64,000 nt of DNA from the human T2T-CHM13v2.0 reference genome, Homo sapiens, in NCBI RefSeq assembly GCF_009914755.1, contig NC_060926.1; one strand, written 5' to 3'. Position 1 is the first letter of the stretch; every line of letters begins with the position of its first letter. Shown here in pieces: positions 1 to 19,943 of the stretch. Made by a program: the position numbers and the translations under genes. The notes below the pieces were generated by a model. The model did no database searches and was not told the DNA's origin. It was given only the letters and a program-made list of their open reading frames with translations.

Positions 1-1135
1 GTGTGAAGCAGGGTAAGAGGATGGTGAAATAGGATGGTAGCTTTGCTTCAGAGACTTGGAGGAGTAAGGGAGCCATGGGCAGAAGTGGACTCATTGTGAA
101 GCAAATGAAGCTTAAAATTCAGGGACTTTCACTTGCTTGGGTCTCTGTGAGTGGTGGGACTTGCAGGACACTGCAGAGTATTCTTAGTGGAGAGTGGAGG
201 CCAGTTTGCTTTCAGGAAATATTTCTCTGTAAGTGCATTCGTCATAACACTGAAACTCCAAAGAAAATGAAAGATGACTTCAAAGACATCTCCAGAGCTC
301 CAGTAATTTGCTGTAATTTCTGTTCTCATTCTATATAAATATTAACCTAATTTTGTGTTTGTGATCTTATTTCTTTTTCTAAAACAGCATCCTTGACTAT
401 AATTATATATACTTCAGGTCAGTATATGTCATTTCTAGGTATTGCAATTATACATATGAGTAAGATACGACCCCAGCCTTCAGCTCACTTCATGATCTTA
501 ATAACTTTTGATATATTAAGGTGTAGAAGAAACAGAACTCAGCCAAGTTGATATCAAGTCGATAACTTGATATTTCCTTGAGTCTAACCGTCAGTTGTAA
601 AAAACAGAATTCATAATAACTTCATGAGAAAAAAGAAAATGCTACTAAAATTAACATTTTCAGTTTTAAGACTAGTTGATTTTTAGATACAGAATATAAA
701 GAAATATATATTAGAATTTTAAAAATTAACATTAATTAGAATTTATTGGGCTCTGATTTTCTAACGTCTTGGTATGCTTAACTCATTTAATCATCAAAAC
801 AAAACTTTGGGATAGCTACTAATAGTATTCTAATTTTTCAGATGAGGAAACAGGCATACAAAGGTTAAGGGAAGTGGTAAAGCTAGAGACCAAACTGAAG
901 CTATCTGACTAAAAGCTGGCATTTAATCATTTTGCTAAACTTACTTCAAAAGTCATGGGATTCCATTTTTAAATTTCTAGTCCAGATTCTACTTCTAAAT
1001 TTTGGGGTATCTCTCCTTAGATTTTAGCATCATCATCAGTAAAGTTGGATTAAAAAATCTTGACATTTTTCAGAATCTATTAAGGTTGTAACAATAGTCA
1101 ATACATTTTTTTATTATGAGATATAGCTCTCAATG

Positions 1136-1418
<283 letters not shown>

Positions 1419-2103
1419 ACAGTTCTCAATTTTAAAATGGCTTAGATTATAAATATATTATTTGTTTGATACCCACAATGTGCAATGTGCTTTATATGGG
1501 TTATGTAATTGAATAGTCACAATAGCTCTGCAGGGTCAGGATTAGTATTACTGTGTTATTGTTGAAGAAACAAATTAGCCAATTTGCTGAAGGTCAAACA
1601 GTTGTAAAGTTTGGAACTGGATCTGACCCAGTTCTGAATCCAAATTCCATGCTCTTTCCACCAGGTTAGTGATTCTCCAGAAAAGTAGAGCTTATTCTAA
1701 GGCAAAACTCCAAAAAAAGGTCAACTCTCAGGAAAAAAAAAACAAGACATTTTTGGGTATACCAGACTAGTTAGCAGAAGAGGGTGTTAGAATGCTGAAG
1801 CTGTTTGCTACAACTTCAGCCTAGTCAGTGAATTTCAAATAATGCTTCAGTTTGGCAAGCTTTTTCTAGAGAAGAACCTGCCAAGATCTACCCATTAGTA
1901 GAAATTTAAGATTTCCTTAGGAAGCTCTGCTGTCATTAATATCATATTATGTAAATTATCCTATAGACATTGAAATGTTTAGGAAAATAGAACCATTCTG
2001 AGCCTTCTTGGAAGTCTACATTACAATGACAATTATTTATGTGGCTGCTTTGGGCATGAAGTATACTGATAATTGTGTTTATTGGAATCCTTAATTTAAT
2101 TGA

Positions 2104-2418
<315 letters not shown>

Positions 2419-2554
2419 TAACTTTAAACATAAACAAATGTAGAAGGAATAGAATAAGATCCCCATAATCCATTAACCAGCTTCAACAATTATCAATATT
2501 TTGCCAATATTATTTCACCTATAATTCCTCTACTGCCTACTCCTTGCTGTTGTT

Positions 2555-4212
2555 TTCCCTTGTAGCTTTATTGAGGCACAATTTACATTCCACAAATTAA
2601 TCCATTTTAAGTATACAATGATTTGTAGTAGATTTACAAAGTTGTGCAACCATCACAACAATCCTGTTTTAGAAGTTTCATTACTCCAGAATATTCTGTC
2701 ATGTCCATGTGCAGTTATCCCTCTCATACCCAGGCCCAGGAAACTATTTGCTTTCTGAATTTATAGATTTGCTTTTTCTGGACATTTTATATAAATACAA
2801 TCATACAATAGTTTTTCTTTTGTGTCTGGTTTCTTTCACTTAGCAAAAAGCTGTTAAGGTTCATTCATGTTTTAACATGTATCAGTAGTTTGATGATTTT
2901 TATTGCCGAATAGTATGCATTGTATGTATATACCACATTTTGTTTATTTATTCACAACTTAATGAACATTTGGGTTGTTTTTGGCTTTACTGTATAATGC
3001 TGCTATAAATATTCATATACAAGTCTTTGTGTAGACATATGATATTTACTCTTTGGAAGATTTCTATGCATGAATTGCCAGGTTTATGTTTATGTTTAGT
3101 GAGTTTAACTTTTTAAGTAACTGCCAAGCTCTTTTCAAAAAGGCTTCACTATTTCCCAATTTTACCAGCAGTGAATAGGATTATAGGTTTTCCACATCCA
3201 CACCAAAACTTATCTGTTCTTTAAAATTATAGCCATCCTAGTGGGTGCATAATGGTATCACGTGGTGGTATTGATTCCCTAATTGTTACTGAAATGCCAG
3301 GGGTTTGATCTAGGTCCCATTGTTCTTTGCATAGAAAGCCAATCACTAAGACAACAATTACTGCCAGGGAAGAAGGCTTTACTCAGGTGCTGCAGCCAAG
3401 GAGAATAGAAAGTCAGTCTCAAATTCATCTCCCTCACCAACTAAAATCAGGCATTTATATAGCAGGGAAGAAACTAAAACAGGAATTAGAGAAGGTAAAG
3501 GAAGAGCTGTTGGTCAACAGAAAGCAGGCGGTTAGATAGGCAATCATGATGGGTGAGGGGTCTTATGTCTTACTGTCCAGATGCAATGATCTGGTAAGTT
3601 TTAGTTCCTTAATACTGTCTGGGAGAACTGATAGTTGGTTTCCTCAGAAAGGAACTCAGATAAGACATTTTTAACTTTCATAACTTATAAGACTAGGAGG
3701 GTCAATTTCTATGTTTATTTAAAAGAAACCATAAACATCAGTTCTATGGGACAATTGGGCTGGCTTCATAATGACTAATGATGTTGAACATTTTGCATGC
3801 ACTTATGAGCCTTTTATAAATCTTCAGTGAAATGTTGATTGAAATATTTTGCTTATTTTAAATTTGGGTTGTTTGTCTTTCTGTTCTTGAGTTTTAATGT
3901 TTCTTCATGTACATTAGATACAAGATCTTTATTAATTATATAATTTGCAATATTTTCTCCCAGTCTCTGTTTTTCATTTTCTTAGTGAAGACTTTTGACA
4001 TGAGAAAGTTTTTAATCGTGATGAAGCCCAATACATCATTTTTTCTCTCTCATGGGTTATATATTTGTTATAATATCTAAGAATTCTTTGCTTGAACCGG
4101 GGACACAAAGATTTTTCTCCTTGTTTCTTTCTAGAAGTTTTCTAGCTTTAGCTCTTACATTTAGGTCTATGATACATTTTGAGTTAATTTTTGTACAGTA
4201 CACTGTGAGGTA
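2555..4212 (-). mobile_element. Old L1M (L1MB/ME-type) 3' fragment, interrupted by an LTR
   Basis: Typical antisense L1 3' motifs (tagccatcctagtgggtg, ctaatgactaatgatgttga); sequence resumes after the LTR at 3769. Confidence 0.8.
3284..3768 (-). mobile_element. ERV1 MER4-group solo LTR (LOR1-like)
   Basis: TG...CA termini, 4-bp TSD TAAT (3280-3283 / 3769-3772); homologous to 31791-32231; subfamily name from recall. Confidence 0.8.
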
Positions 4213-4223
4213 ATAACTGAAAC

Positions 4224-4450
4224 CAGTGATTCTCATCTGGGGGCAGTTTTGCTCCTCAGAGCACATGTAACAATGTCAGGAGACAGTTTTGGTTCTCACA
4301 ACTTCATAAGAGGTGCTGCTGGTATCTAGTGGGTAGAGGTCAGAGATAATACAGAATATCATCCTATTAATACAATGCACAGAACAGCCCCTTGCCACAA
4401 AGAATTAATTACTGGCCTCAAATCAATAGTGCCAAGGTTGAGAAATCCTG
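4224..4450. mobile_element. MER20 hAT DNA transposon fossil
   Basis: cagtgattctca...ttgagaaatcctg terminal inverted repeats and MER20 core gctggtatctagtgggtagagg. Confidence 0.85.
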
Positions 4451-4491
4451 GAGTAGTAAAATAAGAAGGTAGCATTAATAATACATCAGAT

Positions 4492-4934
<443 letters not shown>

Positions 4935-5329
4935 TTACTTAAAGTTGAGTGGTTTTTCCATCAATAACCACTTCTTAATTGTTTGTATGCCTTTGATCAA
5001 TTTCCAGAACCCTGAAATGATTGCTTTTGAAAATGTTGCCCTGTTTGTCATTGGTTTTCAGGAGTATTTGCTGCCATATGGAAGTTCCCCACGTTTTGAA
5101 AGAAACAAAAAAGTCTATGAACAAAGAAAACATTAAGTGTATATTTGAAAATATATTTATTTATTGATTCAGCAAATATTTATTCAACATTTATAATACA
5201 GCAGCTAGTGATGTGGCAAGGGTATACAAAATACCATCCTGACTCTTAAGACGCTTATGATTAAGTGGAGGAGACGGAAAAGTAAATGAGCATGATGCTC
5301 AGGGGGTGGGTCTGCCTTCAACTCTTGAT

Positions 5330-5515
5330 GTTCTTACTTACTGCTGTGTGATGTTGGGCAAGTTGTTCAAGCTGTCTAAGCCTCAGTTCCCTCATCTGTG
5401 AAGTAGGGTAATTAAGAGCATCTACCTCATGTGATTTCTGTGAAGCTATTTTCATGTATGTAAACAGTTTAGCACAGTGCCTAGCATCTAGTAAACACTA
5501 AAAAATGGTTCACTT
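5330..5515. mobile_element. MIR fragment
   Basis: MIR core tgtgtgatgttgggcaagtt...cctcagttccctcatctgtgaa. Confidence 0.8.
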
Positions 5516-5564
5516 TTCATTTTATAATGTGATCATTGTTATGCTAAGAGTAAGCATGTGATAC

Positions 5565-6331
5565 TGATACAAAGAGGAGACAGGGAAATACTGGGTAGAA
5601 GAGGGCAATTCCCTGTTAAAGGCCCCACCCACAAGCCTGGAAACCCACAGCCCTAAATGAGAACAGGCATTCCTGTTTTCAAGCCCAGCTGTTTTCAAGC
5701 CCAAAAGTTGTCTTTGGCCCACCATGCCCCCCCTATCCTGTACCCATATAAACTTCAGATCTCAGGGTCCAGAAGCTAGATGACAAGGAGATGAGCAGAC
5801 GAACGGCGAGTGGCTCAGCGGAGAAGGAGCATCTGAATGCCCAGAGGAGTTCAGCTGGGGATGACTGTAGAGGAGATCAGCTGCTGGATGGCCAAACTCC
5901 AGCAGGAAGATCATCTTCCCATTCCATTCCCCCTTCTGGATCCTCATCCATCCCACTGAGAGCCACCTCCACCACTCAGTAAAATCCCTGCATTCATCCT
6001 TCAAGTCCATGTGTGACCTGATTCTTCCTGGATGCTGAACAAGGACTTGGGTCCCAAGGGGGTCCACTGAGCTGTTTAACACTTAAGCTATCTGCGAATG
6101 GCAGAGCTAAAAAAGCACAGTAACACTGGGGCTTCGGGAGTCACAGGCAACCACCCCTAGATGCTGCCGTGGGGTCAGAGCCCAAAAGTGCTCACCTTGG
6201 TTCCCACACTTGCCCATCTGTGTGCTCCCCCATCTCGTAAGGGATTTGAGCTTGTGGTGGCCCAGCCCAAACAGAGAGCCACACCCCTGTCCCATATCCT
6301 GTGAGGAGGGCCAGGGAACTCTCCCATCTCA
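5565..6331 (+). mobile_element. LTR1-family (ERV1) solo LTR
   Basis: TGATAC...CA termini, perfect 4-bp TSD ATAC (5561-5564 / 6332-6335), characteristic 5' end gacagggaaatactgggtagaagagggc; internal 16-bp tandem duplication at 5673-5704. Confidence 0.85.
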
Positions 6332-6735
6332 ATACTATTATCCAGAAGAAATGATTTTAAAACCGAGATTGGAAGGACAAGTAGGAATTATCAGTGAGTA
6401 GGTGGAGAAAATATGCAGGGAAGAGATTTCCAGAAGAGGCCCAGAAGGAAGAGGAACATGACCCAATATGAAGACAGATAAGTGAACAGATTGCACAGGC
6501 ACTGGAAGCCTTAGAAGGATATGCAAAATAGTTCTTATATTTCATTAGAGCTCAGTCTTTATGATGTATATAAGGGGGAGAAATTGAGTTTGCTCGTTTG
6601 TTTTTTGTTCTTACTCCCTTTTCTATTCCCAATTTCCCTATCAAACCTGGATCACCCAGAAGCCACAGTTATACACTCTATATTTAACTCCCTCCCTGCA
6701 TATCTTAACTAATTGCAGTACAAATTAAGAAAGAT

Positions 6736-7039
<304 letters not shown>

Positions 7040-7389
7040 TTACAACCATTCTGCTTTCTCAAAGTAAGATTTTTGTGCCCTTTTCAGTGTGCAGTCCAAC
7101 AATCACCTCTCATTAGAAACTCATACATATAAGCTTATAAACAACAGAAATTTATTTCTCACAGTTCTGAAGCCTGGGAAATCTATAATCAAGGTGGATT
7201 TGGTGTCTGGTGAGGGCCTGCTTTTTGGTTCACAGATGGCCCCTCCTAATGGTTTCACATGGTAGAAGGGGGAGAAAGTTAATTTTGGAAGATGATGTAT
7301 GTCCCTCAAAATAAGGGAACTCCAAAATGCATCTGTTGAGGAAAGTAATAGAGAAATAAAGCCACAATAGGAAGTGTGTGGCTTTGTTT

Positions 7390-10197
<2,808 letters not shown>

Positions 10198-10368
10198 GGG
10201 GGAAAGTGTTTTTACTGTATGATAGTGCATGTTTAAGAGGCACTTTAAGGTTAAAAAAATGGCAGGCCTAAATATTTTAATCGTACATTCTTTTTTCTAT
10301 CCTGGGGCCTTCCAATCAAACAAATCTGACTCAAATGCTGCTCATGCTGTTAAAGATGTGTTCTTCCA

Positions 10369-10750
<382 letters not shown>

Positions 10751-11175
10751 TCATTATTAAACCTGCCCAACACTTCATCTTTGGATTTGTGTTCTATTCC
10801 GGCCAGCCCCAGATTAACTTTTGAGCTTGAGATTTTCTGTATACATATTTTCCAATTGAGTTTGCTGAAACACTCACACTCTATATTCTTGTTTGTGCTC
10901 TGTGTATACTCCTTTTGGAATAAGATCATGCTCCACCTTGAGACATGCCCTGGCATCACTGGGACTCTTTGGACAGTATTCTAAGCTATGTATTGGTATT
11001 TTTCTTGTGGCTTGGTGCCTAAGTACATTTCTGATATTCATTTGAAGTTTAACTCTTTTCAACCAGCGGCGAAGAGTTCTGATGTTGAGATAGCACAACC
11101 GTGTATTTGTCTATGCAGAAATGCTGCATCTAGTGTTTCTTTTCGGTTTAAATGGATAGGTTAATGTAGTGCAAC

Positions 11176-11284
11176 AGGCCTGCCAGTTCTTTAACCTTCA
11201 AGTGTCTCTTAAACATGTACTATCCTACAGTAAAAACATTTTCCCCCCAAAATGATTTTGAAAGAGAACAGAGTTAGAGGACTC
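11176..11284. repeat. Inverted repeat, right arm (pairs with 10160-10269)
   Basis: Reverse complement of the left arm. Confidence 0.95.
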
Positions 11285-12818
11285 TGGTTTAAACTCAACA
11301 GTTATGTCCTTTACATGAAGCAGTCAATATGGCTTTCAATTCTCTGGATCTTTATTTTGACTTTGGTTTTGAGGTTAACAATGTTCAATCAAGTTTTATC
11401 CCATTTTTAACGAATTTTTTTCTGAAATGGTAAAAAATGATGGAAAACAGGTAATGTATGTCAGTACACTCAGAACCTTATGTGTAGACTTGGGCTAAAT
11501 GATGGCCCCTTACTCTGAAAACAAAAAGGCAATTGGTTCTCTCTACTGATATAACATATTTGTAGGAGGCAGTCTAACCACTGGAGAGAATACGAGTGTT
11601 TATAGAGCCACAGCAGTTGGAACTTACTGCTTTGTAGATAAGAGCCTGTGGGACTTGGAGGGATTTAATCAACATTCCAACTATAAACATTCTCTGTGCC
11701 AATTCCAGGTTATATTTAAGTTTCAGGTTCATTTCCCAAGAAGCAAGAGGTTCAGCACTTGTACCAGGATGTTTCGATGTTTCTTTTTTAACCTGGAATC
11801 CCAGTTGTTTATCGTTTCTAGAAATCAATGGCATTGTTTTGGAAATGGGAATGGAAAATTCTCCAGAGTCCTGATAAGGTCGGGTCAGGCTCTCCCTGAA
11901 GGTTGTTTGAGAGCCCAAGTTTGAATCAGTTGCATGAATAACAATTTTTACTGTGCCAGGGTCAGGATGATTTTTATTCAGCCCAATGCCTCGTCAATCG
12001 GCTAGCCTGGCTAAATATAATGAATCTTTTTAAAGGGGCTTACCTACTTGTCCTTGAATTCTTGACTGGGCTGATAAATGGCCCCAGTTGAGGCTCAGTT
12101 ACCCTGTTTCCAATATTTATGGAGAGAGAAACGTTACAGTTTAGCAAGGCTGTCTTTAGAGATTAACATGCCTGGCCCTTTCTTCTTTCATTTGATTGAG
12201 TTCTGTAGATTTTTCAGTGCTTTCTGGAGTGAGCCTCTTTCCAGGCTGTACTAGCTATTCTTTGCCTCCTTCTCCCTTTATCCTTCTTGTACATAAAAAG
12301 AAATGAGGTTTTATCCTTTGAATAGAGTAATCCACACAGTCTCTGAAACTCTGGTCCCTTAATTTCCACTCTGATTCTGGTTTGACAAGTGGCAATCTGT
12401 TTTTTACTCCTTCACATCTTTCCTGGCCATTTTAGAAACACTGAAGTGATTACAAACACAGAGGAAGCCTCCTTAGGAGAACTGACTCAGCAGCCCTCTG
12501 CTGAGAGAAAAGGCTATCTCCTTCTCATCCTTCTTTGTGACCAGGGCCAGTAAAATTATCTGTCTTCAGGAAATGCCTTGGCTTGCTGGGAGCACTAATG
12601 GGCATGACAATCAATATTGCTTCTACCGATACATCACACTCTTGGTAAGGGATTTCACCAGTAAATTTTCTTTCTCTGGGGATTCAGTCAACAATATTTA
12701 TACAACACTCACAGCATGTAAAGCATGCATGGTAGTAGACAGGACAAAGAAGCAAGAGAATCACAACGAATGGTTCCTGCTCTTTAGGGCCATCTTTAAT
12801 AGTTGAGAGATTGATAAG

Positions 12819-12856
12819 TATATTAGACAGGGTTCTCCAGAGAAAGAGAGGAAGCA

Positions 12857-12915
<59 letters not shown>

Positions 12916-13363
12916 GAGAGAGAGAGATGAGAGAGGCAGATGAGAGAAAGAGACGAGAAAGAGACAGGGAAAGAGAGAGAGAGAGAGAGAGAAACTGATG
13001 GATTTATTATGAGGAATTGTCTCACGTGACTATGCAGGCTAAGTACCAAGATCAGCAGTCAGCAGGCTAGGGACCCAGGAGAGCCAACGGAATCAATTCC
13101 AGTCTGTGAGCAGAAGAAGACCAGTGTCCCAAGCAGTCAGGTCAGAGACGTTCCCTCTTGTCCTGTCTTTTGTTCTATTTAGGCCTTCAACTGATTAGAG
13201 TGGGCCACCCACATTAGGGAGGACAATCTGCTTTACTCAGTCTACTGATTCGAATATTAATCTCATTCAAAAACATCCTCACCAAGACACCCAGAATAAT
13301 GTTTAAATAATATTTGGGTCCTTTGTGGCCCAATTAACTAGACACATAAAATTAACCGATACA
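12819..13363 (-). mobile_element. MLT2 (ERVL) solo LTR containing a (GA)n expansion
   Basis: MLT2 motifs gggttctccagaga and gacacataaaattaacc; 5-bp TSD ATAAG; GA microsatellite at about 12860-12992. Confidence 0.85.
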
Positions 13364-13411
13364 ATAAGTACATGCAGACAAGAACATGAAAAACACCAAG
13401 TAACTTATATA

Positions 13412-13744
13412 CAGTTGGCCCTTTGTATCTGTGGATTCTGTATATGTAGATTTAACCAACCTCAGATCAAAAATAATTGAAAAAAAAAGAGTCTGTATTG
13501 AAGATGTACAGACTTTTTTTTCTTGTCATTGTCTGCTGAACAATATATGTAACAATTATTTACATAGGATTTACATTGTATTAGGTATTATAAGTAATCT
13601 AGAGATGATTAAAAATATATAGGAAGATGTGAATGGGTTATATGCAAATACTATGGCATTTTATATAAAGGAGTTAAGCATTCACGGATTTTGGTATCTG
13701 AGGGGAGTCTGGAATCAATCCCCCATGGATACCAAGGGACAACG
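13412..13744. mobile_element. Tigger3/MER7-type TcMar DNA transposon fossil
   Basis: cagttggccctt...aagggacaac TIRs; core gtattaggtattataagtaatctagagatgatt. Confidence 0.85.
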
Positions 13745-14193
13745 CTTTTGATGTGCATTGTTTGAGCTTGTGTTTAAATGCTGAGTGAGATTAAGCAGCT
13801 GTGTGCCCCTTCTCAGGGATATGATGGAGCTCAAAGAGGACAGGACAACATGGCAGCAAGAGCCACTTCCAATTGAATCATGTGGGCATGAGTGGGGACT
13901 GCCAGTGAATTCGCCCGGTTGTGGGGATCTAAGGGAGACCTGAGGCCCGGTACTAAGCTGATTTGGAGAACAAAGGGAACAAAGATGTGATCGGCCCACA
14001 TCTCTGACGTTCAGGAGAATCAGAGGGAAGAGGCTACAGCTGCACTGGGGCCTTTGGTAATAGGATGGCACCGAAGGACAGTTGTATCCAACCAAAGCCT
14101 TTATTTACAAAACTGTCCAGGTCTGTCAAGGTTTATGTATCTGGTAACCAAGGCCAAGTGTCTGCTTCCCCTTTAAGAATCTTCTGAATTTTC

Positions 14194-14811
<618 letters not shown>

Positions 14812-15295
14812 ATCCTCTGAATTTTCCTCAAAGAGATAATTATGATTTCAAGGAAAAAGGAGAACTCAGTGACAGCCAGATGCAAATTGGCCCCAGTGAA
14901 GACTTGGTCTTTTGCCCTGTGATTCTGTACTTGATTGAGCCTGAGATGAGGCATAGTTTGGATTTGAATACTTTGCACAGGGTTGTGGATAGGGCCTTCA
15001 GGGGACAGAGATACAGGTGGCAGGGCAGGGGTGTCATAAGGCAGCTATTGAGAGAAACAGTGTTGTGCTGAGAGTGTATAGTCTGAAGAGGGAGGAGCCG
15101 AGGGAAGCTCACAGAAAGCAGACGTGCAGGTTCCAGAATCGGGAAACCATACAAGCTCAGTATGAGTTACTAACATGCAGTTTCTCGAGGCTAAGATTAT
15201 AAAGAAATCAAGACTCCAGGTAGTCAAGATCTAATCAGAGAAGTTAAGATGGCAAAAGAAAAAAGGTCTTGGCAAGTCAGCAAGAGGAGACAAAG

Positions 15296-15921
15296 TTTGC
15301 ATTCCTTTTTTGTTCTGGGTGACAACTAACCACACATTTCGTAGCTTAAAACAATACACATTTATTATCTCACAGTTTCTGTGGGTTGGAGGTCTGGGAA
15401 GAGTTTAGTTGGGTCCTCTTTCCAGGTTATCACAGGCTGTGGTCAAGGGATTGGCTAGAGATACAGTTTCATCTGAGGTTCACAGTCCTATTCCTAGGTC
15501 AATGGTTGCTGGCAGAATTTAATTTTTTGGGGCTGTAGGGCTGAAGTCCTCTGCTCCTGCAGACTGCCTACCATTCCTTGCCCCCTGCACAGCATACTGG
15601 TTTCCTTCTTCAAGGCCAGTGGAAGAGCATTTGCTGATGCTTCCTGTCTCTTACCTCTAGATGCTCTTTTAAAGGGCTGGCCTAATTAGATCAAGCCCAC
15701 CTAGGATAATGTACATTTTGATTAACTCACAGTCAATTTATTAGGGACATAAATGACACCTGGAAAGTCCTTTCACCTTTGCCACATAAAGTAATCTAAT
15801 CACAGAGTGATACTGGTCATATTCACAGATCCCAGACACGCTCGAGGGGTTGGGATTACACAGGGCATGTATACCATGGGCTGATAATCTTGGGGGCCAT
15901 CTTGGGATTCTGCCTACCACA
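15296..15921 (-). mobile_element. MLT1 (MaLR) solo LTR
   Basis: Motifs cttaaaacaatacacatttattatctcacagtttctgtggg and gggggccatcttgggattctgcctaccaca. Confidence 0.8.
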
Positions 15922-16865
15922 AAGAGTAATCAATCAAACTAATGTAATCATCTTGACCTTAAGAAACAATTTGGCTCTTCAAGTGCCTTGTATATATATT
16001 TCCTGTGAGGTCAATTCTAATTCCAATCACTAGAGTCTGCAGAAAGAGTAGATAACAGACTATACCTATGGGGCCAGAGTGTGTTCAGAGAATGGGAATG
16101 CAATAAGTAAGTCTCTTGGGAGGTTGGGAGTGATGTGATGAAAACTGATCTGTTGAAGATGATTTCATCTTCTCTGAGATCAATTTTGGGGATGGAGCAG
16201 GGGGTCCTAAATGTAATTTAGAAGTTGTTAGAACAGCCTAGCTCAGAAGATAATTATGTCTATACTTTGTAAAAAATCTCTGGGAAGAGAAGTGTAAGTT
16301 GAAACATACAATATATATTTTTTGAATTAAATTTATACACATTGGGTATGGATTGGGTTTTGGGGGGTGTGTGGAAAGGAAAGGAGAAATTGGAAATGCC
16401 TCTGAGGCTTAAAACTAAAGTACTAGGATGGAAATATCAATTTTTTTCATTTAACATATCTTTTGAGGCCTCTTATGAGCAAAATAATATTAGAAGGAAT
16501 ATAAGGATATTTAGGATATAGTTTCCCTCTTCATGAGCTTGGAGTGTTGTAAAAAAAGAGAGGGTAGGTAAGGAGTCCCTGGTATCAAATGCAATAGAAA
16601 GATGGAGAAGATATAGGTCATGAACAGCAGTATTCTCAACGAAGTGGGTAGAAGTGCAAGTCACATCTCAAAAGACAGTAAAAAGAACTGCAGGATATCC
16701 ATTTGAAAAGCAGGACTGAAAAATGAATTGAAAGGAAAGCAGCATTATATACAGGGCAGTAAAGCAAATGATTTCCTTTGGAGTTTGGAAAGAGTACAAC
16801 AGTACTTAAATGACACTTATTATTATTTTTAATGATAAGGCTCCAGAGTAATTTGAACTTGTATT

Positions 16866-17793
16866 TGTCAAAAGAAAAACTGTAGACAAATTAAATTTAA
16901 CAGAGTTCAGTTGAGCAAAGAACGATTTGAGAATCAGGTAGCCCCCGACCAGAATAAGTTCAGAGAGTCTCCAGTGCTACCAAGTGGTTAAAGGAGAATT
17001 TATGAACAGAAAAAGGAAAATCATGGACAGAAAACAGAAACAAGGTATGGGAACAGCCAGAATGGTTGCACTTGGGTGTTTGTCTTAGGTGATGGTAAAA
17101 TTAAGTGTCAACTTGATTGAAGAATGCCTATATGGCTTTGGTAAGGTATCCTTTCTGGTGTGTCTGTGAAGGTGTTGCCGGAGGAGATTGACATTTGAGT
17201 CAGTGGACTGGGAGAGGAAGACCCACACTCAATGTGGGTGAGCACCATCCAATCAGCTGCCAGCGCGCAGCTAGAACAAAGCAGGTGGAGGAAGGTGGGA
17301 TCAGCTGGCTTGCTGAGTCTTCCTGCTTTCGTCTTTCTCCAGTGCTGGATGCTTCCTTCTGTTCCTCCTGCCCTTGACATAAAACTGCAGGTTCTTCAGC
17401 CTTTGGACTTAACAGTGGTTTGCTGGAGGCTCTCAGGCCTTCGGCCACAGACTGAAGGCTACACTGCTGGCTTCCCTACTTTTGAGGCTTTGGACTCAGA
17501 CTGAGCCACTATGGGCTTCCTTGCTCCCCAGCTTGCAGACGGCCTATTATGGGACTTCGCCTTGTGATCATGTGAGCCAACTGTCCTTAATAAACTCTTT
17601 CATATACACATATATCCTATGAGTTCTGTCCCTCTGGAGAACCCTAATACACCTTATTTGAACCCAGTTTGAACAGTTTTAATTGTTTGAAACTTGGTGA
17701 GTCTGGTCAAACATCCAGTTTGGTTACAGTTCATGATGTATGAAGAAACCTTTAAAATATGTAAATAGGCAGCTTTAGGCTAAACTTTTAACA
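16866..17793 (-). mobile_element. MER57-like ERV1 solo LTR interrupted by MLT2
   Basis: tgtcaaaagaaaaactgtagacaaattaaatttaacagag start and gcagctttaggctaaac...aaca end; subfamily from recall. Confidence 0.7.
17088..17651 (+). mobile_element. MLT2A-like (ERVL) solo LTR
   Basis: tgtcaacttgattg...ctctggagaaccctaataca; 5-bp TSD tctta/cctta. Confidence 0.85.
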
Positions 17794-18199
17794 GATTCAA
17801 ACAGATACCCACAGTAGGACTCTTACCACTGTAAAGAGTGCAGATATTCATCCATATTCTCGAAATGGCTGTTTGGAATGCCATTCTAAGCTAGTCCGTC
17901 ACTCATGTAGGACTCCATTTTAAGCATCTGAATAGTCAAATGCCTCTAGAGAAAGGAAGCTCACAATTTTCTATTTAGATAATTTTGTTGTTGAACGGTT
18001 TTATTAAGTTTTCATTTCCCACCTAAGAGACTTACTTTTACAATAAAAAAATTTCTTGTTCAGCATACCTGCACTAAACTAGAAAAAAGGCTCCCAGGTA
18101 CTTGTCTTCGGGAAAAATGCCCATCAGAGCACTCTTCACTGGGAGAAAAAAACCGAAGGTCTCTTTTTCCAAGGATAGTGGCTCCTCCAAACCGAGGAT

Positions 18200-18620
18200 T
18201 GTATAGTAAATGCACCTGTTAGCAGTAACATACACTTATGCTGAGAATTACCCTGTATGGCAGATGTACCTGAATGTGAGTTCTGAGCTACGTAATCTGG
18301 GACTGGCTGACCAAGAGATTTGTTCTTTGTCTATGAGGAACATCTGAGCCCCCATCCCATAATGGAGGTTCCGAGTTTTGGGTTGAAGATTGCCAGGTAG
18401 AGGTTATTAGGGAAAGGGTGCTAAGTGAAAATGACACACAAACTACATGCCTTTTGCAGGTGGCTGTGGTTCTCTTGTCCAGCCTGCCGCCACTGGACTC
18501 TCTCCCCTCCACATAGCCTTCAGTAAAACCCCATGTCTTGTTTTGTGGCTCCGGGTCTCTTCCTTGGCCTCTTGAACCTGGTGCCATCCCCACTGGAGTT
18601 GATAGGAATTTGGCATAACC
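18200..18620 (+). mobile_element. ERV solo LTR (LTR47-like)
   Basis: TG start, perfect 5-bp TSD AGGAT (18195-18199 / 18621-18625); family name tentative. Confidence 0.65.
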
Positions 18621-18712
18621 AGGATTTCTGCTCCCTCTGATATGGTGTAATCAAGCAAGGATCGTCTTCAGGATGCTGATCTCTTTGCTTTTATCCCTAG
18701 CCTGTTGCCCTG

Positions 18713-19180
18713 TGATATGATTTGGGTCTGTGTCCCCACCCAAATCTCATCTCAAATTGTAATCCCCAGGTGTTGAGGGAGGGAAGTGATTGGATCATGA
18801 AGGCGGTTTTCCCCATGCTGTTCTCGTGATAGTGAGGGAGTTCTCATGAGATCTGATGGTTGTAAAGTGTCTTGGCATTTCCCCTGCTTGCACTCACTCC
18901 CTCCTGCCGCCTTGAGAAGAAAGTGTCTGCTTCCATTTTGCCTTCTGCCATGCAGAAGGCAACACTATAAAATAGTGTTAGTCACCAAGCCTCAAAGGAG
19001 GAGGGAACTGGGTAGTATATAATGGGGTGTGGGTGCCTGTGTGTGTGTGTGTTTGTGCGCGTGTAAGTTTCCTGAGGCCTCCCCAGGCATGCAGAACTGT
19101 GACCTAATTAAACCTCTTTCCTTTATAAATTACTCAGTCTCGGGTATTTCTTTATAGCAATGCAAAAATGGACTAATAAA
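18713..19180 (+). mobile_element. THE1D/MSTA MaLR solo LTR carrying a foreign insertion of about 110 bp
   Basis: tgatatgatttgggtctgtgtccccacccaaatctcatc start, ggactaata end; consensus interrupted at about 18952-19061. Confidence 0.9.
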
Positions 19181-19211
19181 GACACCATCTCTCAATGGCC
19201 ACCATTGGTGA

Positions 19212-19613
<402 letters not shown>

Positions 19614-19627
19614 CAATATTAGCCTTA

Positions 19628-19943
<316 letters not shown>

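Noticed and set aside
75-400. 87-aa ORF 75..338
   Set aside because: No recognisable domain; the sequence resembles an old hAT-Tip100-type repeat fragment that I could not name confidently
11574-12810. Possible processed pseudogene (ORFs 11574..11918, 11655..11924, 12537..12806)
   Set aside because: No recognisable protein motif, the other frames I checked contain stops, and no poly-A/TSD is visible; a tblastx search would be needed to exclude it fully
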